Assembly: GCA_030141605.1 (NCBI GenBank)
Contig: JAQGDQ010000397.1
Location: 149,513 to 213,512 of the forward strand
Direction of reading: 5' to 3'
DNA from: Tubiluchus corallicola
Taxonomy: Eukaryota; Animalia; Priapulida
Length of the DNA stretch: 64,000 nt
Shown here: positions 51,120-61,747 of the stretch, in pieces
Layout of the letters: each line of letters begins with the position of its first letter
How positions within the stretch are numbered: the first letter of the stretch is position 1
Translations under genes and position numbers: made by a program
The notes under the pieces: model-generated
The model's input: only the letters and a program-made list of their open reading frames with translations
What the model was told of the DNA's origin: nothing
Databases searched by the model: none

Positions 51120-54100
51120 ACACTAGAAACAATAGGTTTTCTTTGATCTAGTAGATAATGGCCGTACGGAAGACCAAAATTTTTTGATAGCCAGCATCTT
51201 TTATCATCAAAAAAAAATTGGGATATTTTGAGAGCATGTCTAGTTTAGATGTGGTGACGGACGGATGTGAACCGAATACTTTCGTGAGTCATTTCCACCT
51301 GTTCTATAAATGCTTGCAAAAAATCTTCATGAGTTATTTCTTTGCTAATTGCCCGTCTATCAATACCTTTTGCACGCTTTTTGTTTTGACGAAAATCATC
51401 ACTCAACATGCTATATAATTTGGGTTTAAGCAAAACCCACTGACGGTGTAGAGAGCCCTGAGATTCGTCTTTGAAACAACCTAAGGGTGCTCGATTTTCT
51501 AGGCGATAAAAATCTAGGTGATGATCTTTCGCGATAATTAGAGGTGTCAATCATGTTTCCTTTCTCCAGAAAATGAGAAATTAAGTTGTCGGGCACGCTC
51601 AAGTTTTTAACTAAGAGAAAAAACGAATCAGTGTCCGAAGCGACAATTTTCACCTCGGCTTGAAGTGACAGGTTACTCAATTCATCTGGACTGAATGTTT
51701 CGTAACAAAGACGATACATTATCAATTGGTCTATCTTGGAGAACGCTGGTCTTTCACATTCTGTCGCTTTCGCTTTCTCACAGAATCATTAGAAATGCTA
51801 AAATCTTGGTGCTCCGGTTGCCTCAAAAATTGTTCACACGAATTTTGACCAGTTGCCAATTTTAAACAGCACCATCGACGAATGTTTTCCATCGTCTTAT
51901 CAAATAAACTGCTATTGAACAGCTTAAAAAGATCTTTCTCAAAAGCATATTTAGCTTCTTGTCTCTTTAAGCTGTTAGCAGCAATAGAACAACAAAGAAT
52001 TGGTGCCTGATGAAATGAGATGACAGAATGAATTTTGGAAATTTTCATGCCCATTTTTAGATAGAATTTGAGTAGCGAAATGTGGACCATAATCCACCAT
52101 AATTCTCTTTAGAGAATTGAGTCAGCATTAACTTTTCGCAACCTATAAAAATGGGTGTGCTCGAATCACGTAATGCACATATCCGTTGCCATTGTTTCCT
52201 CACAAATTAGAAAATAATGATTCGTGTGAACTCATATGCTCTGGCGCCAGTTGGAAATCACTCGTCAAATTATGAATTTACAAAATAAACTAGACTACAA
52301 AATAACCAGTTTGTCCACTCTCGTCTACAGCGGTCGGGTCAAAGGTGTCGGGATTTTTTTAACATTTAAAATCGCCACAAGGTAATGGCAGTGAGAGAGC
52401 CTGCCCATAAAGATTGTTCATATCAATTGGGAAAAGCTAACATAACGGTTTAGATGGATCATAGGTTTGACTTAATTCTGGACAGTTGGCATCAACTTTG
52501 TGTGCATTAACAAAAATGCTTCCGCCGTGAATGTTAGATTCAAATTTTTCAAGCATGAATATACCAGAAATGGCATCCACCTGAATATCACACGTTTTAA
52601 ATGCAGCATCCCAAGTGAGCGAAGGTAAAGTTACATAATGGATTGGATCTAACCCGAAATGATGTAAGCACATTTTACGATAATCGGAAAACACATCTAC
52701 CAATAATCTACAATCTAATTCCATATGTCTAAGATAATAATCGCGCAAATTGCAACAGCCAAATTCGTGGCACGCAGTTTCAGCTAATTCAAAAACTGAT
52801 TGTGATCACTTTCTCCCCTCAAAGTGCTAAAAAATGCTCTTTCATAGGGAGTCGATCCTCTTGCAATATGGATGGGTGGGTAATATATTTATAACACATA
52901 ATAACTTCGCTTTCAATCGTCGATTTTGAAAGCATCGGGTAGTCATGCATCATGAGATCTGCATGTTTCCGTTCGTCTAAGTTTGCAGCAAGATTAGCTA
53001 GACTTGACTGTAAATGTTGATATGAATTGATGAGAATTATTTGTATCATGTCATGCGTTTTTTGACCTTCGGGCTGGTGTTCTGCTTCAAACATCCACTT
53101 AAGTGTGATGTATTTTTCCGAGGACTGAGCTATTACGCTAATGCGAGAATCTTCAACGACTCCATGTTGCAATATAAAAATATAAAATGGGAATCGTAGT
53201 TTTTAACATTGTGTATGTCTACATGAAGATACTTATCATAGGAGCGCATTTTGGCTTTGCAAAAAATACAGGAAGCACAGCGATACATTCCGGTCAGATG
53301 GCAATGCTCGCGAATTTTATTTGCATCAAAGAGTGCTGTTTTACAATAGCCACATTGTGTGGCGTTCTGAAAATTTTCCTCGTCGTGAGCAATCATGCAT
53401 AGGCATTGCTTGCCATACGTCAAATTCCATTGATGGATGCACTGTGCTAGCTCGTGAATATAAACCATTAATCGACGAGTGCAATCTTCGCCAACGAATT
53501 CTTTATATTCGCAAGGTAGGAGATTTGCTATCAAGTTTTCATCATGTACCAAACATATTCCTGCTGCAAAAGGTTGATGGATAGTTTTCAAAAGTGGATC
53601 ATAATTAGGCAAAAGGATTGCTTCAAAATCACAATAGGCAATGTAACTGGGAGACATAGATTTACCTAATTTGTAAAGCCTAATTTGGTGAGTGGTGGAG
53701 GTAATTTTTCTTGCACGCATCCATCGACTTGTTAGCATTCGCTTCTATGATGATCGAAAGAAATGCAATTACAATAAAATGGTCTTAAGCATCTTTTGCA
53801 ATGACTACGCATTTGATCAAATTTATTTAGCAGACGGTTTAGATTGATGATGGTTAGATAATGACATTGACTGTAATCGGATTGACTCGACTTAAGGGGA
53901 TTATAAACTAGAACATTTATAAATTTTCTACCCTCTGCTAATCTGCGCGGAGTATTGTATAGGCATTTAATACGCTTGTTTTTAGTATCTCTGCTAGAAT
54001 ACATGAAAATGTTTAAACAGTACTCAGGATTAAATTTCTGTAAAGCTTTGGCAGCGAAAATTGGTTTAGCAGTAAATGCGCAAACTGATCATAATTTATA

Positions 54101-54850
54101 AGCAAACTGATCATAATTGTGAGCAAAGAGTTTGGTCCAATCTGTTAATAAATGATGATACAAAGAGCCTAAATGGCATATTTGAAACAAAGTGCATCAT
54201 GCTTAGAGGAGATATTGAGCAGCACCTTTTTATTCGCTAATTCATTTGGTAATTCACAAAAGCCACCATGCCCTTTGAGACGAGAGAGGAGTTCATACCT
54301 CACCAGTTGAATTTTGATAAATGGGAAACCACTTATCACATAACCAGAGCTATTTCTCGAATAAGATTCGATATGTTCCATAATGGTGTCTCTGGCAAAG
54401 CTGTACCAGTTGCTGTCCCAGAAATCGTGAAATCTACTATTGAAATATGAATCTCTTTTTGTCTCTACTAATCAATCTCCGAGCAGATGGTCAATTGTGG
54501 CTCATACAATTATTTGTATGTGCATGCCAAACCCAGTTTCTAAATGTGCTTGCCCTAACATTTCAATTGCAACCGAAATATCATCACATTACCAGAGCCA
54601 TTTGCCCAATAAGATTCCAGATTTTCCACATTGGTGTCTCTGGCAATGCTATACCACTCGTTGTCCCAGAAATCGTGAAAGTCGCTGGCAGTTGCGATGA
54701 TGATGGCATGCTCATGATGCTGGGTGGCATTTTAATGGGCACCGAATTCCCTCTCGCGGTTGTAGAAAGGGTGGAATTAATAAATTTAGAAAAGGCTATA
54801 ATGGGGTCATTGTTTGGTAGATTAGATGCATGCTCCCTCGACACTTCACT
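51120..54850 (-). mobile_element. Polinton/Maverick (adintovirus-like) protein-primed DNA polymerase B with inserted endonuclease VII-like zinc module, frameshifted pseudogene
   Basis: N-terminal IESY..NSSGYVI and LPNELANKKVLLNI...LCFKYAI; HYLTIINLNRLL; CKRCL. ExoI YCDFEA; CGYC...REHCHLTGMYRCASCIFC; ExoII HNVKNYDSHF; ExoIII HMELDCRLLVDVF...FGLDPIHYVTLPSLTWDA. Pol A IDMNNLYGQA (about 52400-52428), Pol B KLFNSSLFDKTMEN, Pol C SDTDS. Also LGCFKDE, LKPKLYS, KRAKGI, and terminal FDDKRCW...LPYGHY (about 51150-51210). Confidence 0.92.
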
Positions 54851-55069
54851 GGCAATTAATGAATCGGTTCATGTGAACTGCGACTGTTTAGGAGCCAATG
54901 CACGCATTTGTTTCAAAAACAAAATTTGTTTGAAAATCTTCAATTCAATCATTGATCAGAAAGTCCGATTTGCTCTTCGCAAAATGGAGGATTTACCACA
55001 ACACCACGTGGGAACAACAAATGAAATACAGTGCACATTGGCGCCAGCAGCTACGCTAGTGGCGGCAGT

Positions 55070-55155
55070 GTCTCTCTCCCTCCCTCCCCCTCTCTTTCTT
55101 TCTCTCTTTCTCCTTTTCTCTCTCTCTCTTTCTCTCTTTCTCCTTTTCTCTCTCT

Positions 55156-55191
<36 letters not shown>
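55070..55191. repeat. (CT)n-rich polypyrimidine microsatellite
   Basis: Imperfect CT/CTTT run at the distal end of the Polinton relic. Confidence 0.92.
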
Positions 55192-55744
55192 GTCATGCAG
55201 GACTAGAAACGGTTTCTCTTTACAACGAACAGAGGACTGGTCAACTGATTTGCATCTGCTATGTTTTCAAAATAAAATATAAAAAATGACCATTTCTTGT
55301 GTTTTTAGAGAGGAAACGAAATTTTACCACTTTTCTTAGCAATACATTAAGAACACTTTTACGAACATATTTTTTTCCCAGTTACCTGTAGGGAAATCAC
55401 ATGGATAGTCATGAACAGGTGATTAGTTTACCTTAATTTACTGCGAGTCCATTTTGAGGTAAATTTGTTACCTGTCCTGTCAAGCATACTGCACATCAGT
55501 ACTTGAAACTCTCATCCAGTTCTCAGCACAGGTAATTTCAGGTAATTGGCTATTAAGATCTACCTGGTTTGGGGAGAATTCTGTCACTTTCAGTCGCACC
55601 TCTCATACACATTCCAGTTATTTAAATTTGCATAATGAGATGGTGGCCATTTAGCGGGAGTTCCGTGTCAGGTGAAAGTTTAAAATTTCAAAAATATGAA
55701 GCTTTCTTTAGGTAGACTAAATGAAATAGCAAATATGTAAGACG

Positions 55745-55990
55745 AAAGAGAAGAAAGAAAGAAAGAATGAATGAATGAATCAGTGAGTGAGAGAGTGAGC
55801 AAATAAATGAATGAATGAATGAGTGAGCGAGTAAGCGAACGAATAAATAAATAAATGAATGAATGAATGAATGAATGAATGAATGAATGATAAACTTTCT
55901 TTAGGTAGACTAAATGAAATGGCAAAAGCGTAAGAAGTGAAGAAAGAAAGAAAGAAAGAATAAATGAATAAGAGAGTGAGTGAGCGAATT
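55745..55990. repeat. (GAAT)n/(GAAA)n compound microsatellite within a duplicated block
   Basis: GAAT and GAAA runs. CTTTCTTTAGGTAGACTAAATGAAAT is repeated at about 55702 and 55895. Confidence 0.9.
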
Positions 55991-56570
55991 AATCCTTTTT
56001 TAACAAGATATTAATTAGGCAATTACAGGGCAATTAAGTCATGCAAAAAGAGAACATCCTTACTACTAGCGTCAGACCACCAGATCATTTGCTGGTGCGA
56101 TGCATCATGACATAAAGAAAAGAAAGAAATTATAAACATTTTTTTTAATATATTAATATTTATTATTTTATTATATTTATTATAATAAATATATTACATT
56201 ATATTACATTTTATACACAATTTTGATACCAAAACGATTTTAATGGCTTGACTGAAATCACATAACTGCACTTTTATGCTAGCCTCAAGTCATTAAAAAA
56301 TCTGTCTACAATCAACAGTGAATTTTTAATGACGTTTATTTAATAGAATTCCAAATTTACAGATTTCCTTTAAAATATTACGCCTCATTTCCTGATTGAG
56401 CTGGCTTAACTTCTAACTCTACAAAAATGTTCCGTTTTTGATTGCATCGTTTGAAGCCTAACCGATTCACTGAATTGACCCCATAAATAACACTCCTGCT
56501 GTTTAATTGGCCCGTCACCTGACTAGATATCGTTTAGCTCACTAATTGGCTCAGTCATTGTTTGTAATAA

Positions 56571-57796
56571 TGTTGTGAATAAATTTATAAATCGGTAATT
56601 TGGTAGTAAATTAATGGAGTTATCAGCTGAATTAGATTCAGTTGATAAATCTCATGCCTCCCTGATTTTCAAAAGATAAATTTATTTGGTTGACAGAGAA
56701 ACTCACCCAGCTGATAAGTACGGATTTGATGCGACGCAAATTATTGCACATGTTAGAGAAATACAGGTGTGTCTTGTATAGGAAATTGTAGGAATACAGG
56801 TGTCTTGTTTAACAGAGCACACTATTGTCTTGTATAGCCACATGCAGAGTTACAGTTAATTAAGGGAAGGCCGGTAGCGATGCAGATGTCGCATAGAGGT
56901 GACTTTATGATCGTCACGTAGGTCTCTATCAGTGCTCAGAGACATTGGAAGAGAGAAATCTGAAGATTTGCCGACGACGGAAAAGGATCTCAAAGAGCAA
57001 AAGAATTCGAAGGAACACCTTGCTGATTGTAAAGTCAGGAATCTCATGACTGGTGTTATCACCTGCCACAGGTGTTGCTGGATGTTACCATATGGTGCAA
57101 TCTTTTGCAAGGTCAGCTCTCAGAGATATAAACTCTAGTTTTAGACTAGAGCGACACACACACGCACGAGGAGCCGACACGCACACACGAGGAGTGACGT
57201 GAGAGAGTCTGACAGAGATTGCCACTGTAGTGTGTCCAAGACAGCCTTCTAGAAGAGAGTAACATCGTTTGACACCAGCGTAGAGGAGCCTGCGTTCTCA
57301 GCAATAGACTGGGCACTGGATCAATGAAAGTCTCGTTAAGCTATCTGGAGTTGACCAAGTGTAGGGGTACATTGGTCAATCCACAAGTTAAGTGAATTCA
57401 ACATATTTGTTTCTGAGAATAACTCTGCATAACGAGTTCTTGTAGAGAGCGTTCAAAGTAAAGCAACACTACATCCTAGATACGAACTTGAGAGATTCGC
57501 ATTGTACTAACGAAAGCTCAATTGCGGGAGCGACCCTCGATAACTTGAGGGAGGAATAACTCCACTCACAACGCATGGTCAAAGTGATAGTCTTGAAGGA
57601 CAGTATAATTGCCTGATAGACTTAATTAAAGCCCTCGGAGTCAGGTGACAGAATCACCTTATAACGAACGGGAAGCGAATCTATAAAATCTAAATTAATC
57701 AATATGCAATCTATACAATCTATAGATTCAATTCATGATCATTCGATACGGCTAGATAAAACTATACGATCAATCTATCGAGAAAAAGGGTCGTGA
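56571..57796 (+). mobile_element. LTR-like non-coding element, copy 2, flanked by the 6-bp duplication TAATAA
   Basis: Starts TGTTGTGAATAAATTTAT, is collinear with 45865-47209 and ends GTCGTGA. TAATAA occurs at 56565-56570 and 57797-57802. Confidence 0.78.
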
Positions 57797-58804
57797 TAAT
57801 AACCATCTTCATTGAAAAACTATTCTTAATTTCAGGATCTTAGTCGAGTCAGAAAAATGACCTCAATCTTGTCGAAAAGTCAAGGATCGGAGAGTTCACC
57901 ACGCCTAATTTCAATGTTGTCAGTGTGTCGATTGTTAAGACAGTTTCTGGTAATTAATTGTTGTATCAGGTGGTGCAAAAAATGTGCGGGGGTTTTTGAT
58001 TGTTGTGTCTTGAAAATTGTCAAACTGTTGTAGATAAAAATGCAGACAAAATGTTGCAGACAATTTTGTATAAATAACAAAATTCTATGCCGTTCTTTTT
58101 AGATTTGCCCAAAAGTAGTTGACTCTTTATTGTTTTGCTGCCCTGCTTTAAGCGCGTTGGCTGTTTTCAATTGATGATAAACTGATACTGTTCCAGTGTT
58201 TAATTTTTTAACGAGCAAAATATTTCAGCAGTAACTTAAAAACTGCTGAAGCCCATAATACTGTGAATTTTCAGATTTATATTAGTCTAAACTTTGGCAC
58301 ATTTTTTTCTGCGCCGCCTAATATACGGCAATAATATAATGACATTTTCATTTGTATTTCAATCCTAGCATTTAATCGTTGAATACAACAAAATTTTGTG
58401 GGATCTGGGAGAAAGGACTGCTAATTGATGGAGTGTTGCATATTTAGTAGTGGTGTTATAGAATTTGCTTAAGTCTAAATAACCTTTGTTAGACATAATA
58501 AAAAGATTTCATAACTTACTTAAACTTGCAATGCCGTCATAAAAGGGCAAGCGGTCATCAGCTCTTACCCCACTGAAACTTAGCAATTTAGTGGACCCAG
58601 TTAAGTGTCAAAACCCTGTCAAGCATGGTAACTACTGAACACAAAGACATCTTGTGATGTTTTAATTGCTTTTACGATTAAAAAAAGTATGCTGTTAATT
58701 TCAAATTTTCGTGTGTTTTCACATGCTTTACGTTTGATACGAATTTGACAATACAAATCGTTATATTCACTAGATTAAACGAGTCCATTTAATTACGACA
58801 TCAT

Positions 58805-59440
58805 TATAATCATGTCATGGGTATTAGAATGGAAAGAAATGTTAGTGGGGCATATCTAATCGCGTGTTACACAGGGAACGCTCCATTATCACAGGGTTGG
58901 CTCGATGTATAGTATCTGTGTTTCCTGCAGGAACTGTGTGTGAAAATTGTCCAGGTAAGAATTTATACCAAATATACAGTGACTACTTAGTGCCACAGGC
59001 AGTGTTCATTCATAAGTAACCGGCTTCAGCAATCTAATGACCACTCACAGACTGGTTCTGCTGCATTAGGCTAGCTCGTATCTCAGTAGTACGTGCGGTC
59101 AGACAGTTCTTACCGCAACAGTGGAAGGTGGATTTGCGCTGTCCAAACCACCATTAAATCAAACTGATCACCACTGTGTCCTACTGATTTAACTTGATTA
59201 GTACTGCCATATCTAAAGTTAACGTCTTCACAGAAGAACCTGTCGTCATCATATCAAGAGCATCAACCGGTCACGTACACCTGTCACGTTCAATGAAGCC
59301 ACTTTCAGAATCATTATAAAGTTATGAATGGGTGGGTAGACCAGGCCCGTTAGTAAATATGAAAGTCAGAAAGCAACAGAAATATCAACTGCATATCTAA
59401 ATCAAAACATTTATATTTCAACCGGCACAATTATCTGTTC
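58805..59440. repeat. Interspersed repeat, copy 2 (homologous to 23040-23760)
   Basis: Same collinear blocks as listed for 23040-23760. Confidence 0.8.
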
Positions 59441-59639
59441 AACAATGGAGTGTGAAAGCGATTCTCGCATCCCGGTTAACACCTCCTTGCTGTCTAACTC
59501 TTGGGAAGCAAATGAGTATGCTCTCAGTGGCTGTACAGCAGGTGCAATACATTATTCGGCATGGAAAACCAATTAAGAGAAAGAAACCTGGTGGCCCCTT
59601 GCTCGCTTGGTGATTAAAAAAAAAGAATGCCAGTAGTAC

Positions 59640-61137
59640 AGCTTGTAATGAACTAAGTTTGCATAAATCTGCAGGTCCTGAAGGTGTGCAGTCCAAACAT
59701 TTTAAGTATTCTTCCTCAAAGTTACCGGTTCTTTTATCCTTGTTATTTAGCTCCCGTTTGATTCACGGCTTTCTTCCTGAATCGCTCACGATGTCTATAT
59801 TAATTCCTCTCGTAAAAGATAAAAATAAAGATATTACGGATGCAAATATCTATAGGCCTATTGCACTAGTTTCTATTGCCAGCAAAACATTCGAAATTTT
59901 GTTACTTAACAGATACAAACAGTATATTCCAACAACTCCTAATCAGTTTGGTTATGTAGAAAAACTTGGCACTGAAATTTGCATAAACGCATTAAAGGAG
60001 ATCATTGACTACTACATTAGTCGTGATAGCTCTGTTCACATTGTTTTTATCGACGCTATCGACGCCTCGAAGGCATTTAATAAGGTTAATTTCTTCAAGC
60101 TTTTTCTCAAACTCACAAAGACTTCAATCCCGAATATTGTAATCCGCTTGCTCTAATTTTATTACATGCAACAAGGCATGTCTGTCAGGTGGGGACATAG
60201 TCAGTCTACAACTTTTAATATTGGAAATGGAGTACGCCAAGGTGGCAAGATGTCACCTTTTCTTTTTAATTTTTGTTTTAAAGATCTAAGTGTTAAGCTT
60301 TCATCTGCACAACTAGGTTGCAATGTCTCGAACACGGTTATGAACCACCTGATGTACGCTGACGATGTTTGTTTGCCAGCAACAACGATTACGGCCCTAC
60401 AGCAACTACTAAATGTGTATAAATTGTATGGTGAACAGTATGACATAAAAATCAATGTAGCTAAAACTAAATTTATGTCTGTTAATTCAAGCATCATGAG
60501 AAATTTTATGTTTGGAAACATCAAACTAGATAATAATGTTTTACGTACCTGGGATAATGAAAAATATTTGGGACATATTATTTAAAAAGTTTACCGATAT
60601 AACCTTGACATTTGTTAATCAAAGATCCTTAAACTACTGCCGTACAAACCAACTTATTAGAAAATTCAGCTATTGTTCTGTTGATGTTAAAAGATATCTA
60701 TTTAATGCTTACTGTAATACATTCTATTGCATGTCTGCTTGGAGACATTTTAATAATTGTAATATCTTAAAACTCAAAATTGCGCACAATGTGTCAAAAA
60801 GATTATTTTTTGATATGCATATGATTACAGTGCTCGTGAGATGAGTGTTGAAATTCGCGTGATCTATTTTGATGTAGAAAATTTGTCTTAAGTTTAATGA
60901 AAAGATTTGATACTAGGGATAATTTAATGTGCCAGAAAATTTTAGTAAGCGATGCTAAATTTACATCGCACATAAGACAACAATGGTGGAGACTATTATT
61001 GTAATTTTCGTGTTTATCTAAGTTCGTATGTGATTTGTTTTATTGGTTTTTTGTTTTTATGATGTTGTATGTTGTATATGTGTAAATTATAATATGAGCT
61101 TATGTTTTAAATAAAGAATTAAATCAAATCAAATCAC
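59640..61137 (+). mobile_element. 5'-truncated, frameshifted LINE reverse transcriptase with 3' UTR and (AAATC)n tail
   Basis: KSAGPEG, LIPLVKDK, YRPIAL, NQFGY, DASKAFNKV, GVRQGGKMSPFLFN, LMYADD, EKYLG. AATAAA at about 61110 is followed by AAATCAAATCAAATC. Confidence 0.92.
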
Positions 61138-61747
61138 TGACGTAACTATGCTAGCAATGTTATTTATATAAAGGTTAGGAAGTGGCATGCCATTGCTGGC
61201 CCAATGAACGTGCCTTTATGCCAGCAAAGCCAGAATGTGGCGTAATAATGCCAGAACAGGCTCATAATTTCAATGTTTACTGGGAAGTAAATGATAAATT
61301 GTTAATTTGTGTTAATTATACACAGAAGAAAGCTCATGTACAAATTCCAATAACGCATTAGAGATCCATTTTATTGTGATAAAAAAGCAATTGGGTTATT
61401 GCAAAATTACTTAAATCCAGAATTATCCCACACGTGTGGCTAACGACACTTATTTAGAAAATGCCCTCCTTTTACGTTCCGAATAGCGCTTCTACCATTG
61501 GTCATTGATGATCAAATTTGTGAAATGGGCATCCCTCTGTGATATCCAGGCAAGCGCTTTCTTCAAACAAAGCAGACAACCTGAAAACAACAAACTCAGG
61601 CAGGCGAAAACAAATGCATCAGACACTAATAAGCTTATTAATAAGAACTCTATACGCTTTTATTAAAACTGAAAAAGAAACAAAATAACAAAAAACTTGG
61701 TAAAAGAGCATTTTTCGCAGTATACATTTCTTCAATTCTTGTTTCAG

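Noticed and set aside
54447-55289. 280-aa + strand ORF
   Set aside because: It is antisense to the Polinton polymerase N-terminal region and runs into a CT microsatellite (SLSLSL). It has no recognisable domain.
45865-57796. A single 12-kb LTR retroelement that captured the Polinton genes
   Set aside because: Each LTR-like copy has its own distinct flanking duplication, the copies are considerably diverged, and no gag/pol lies between them.
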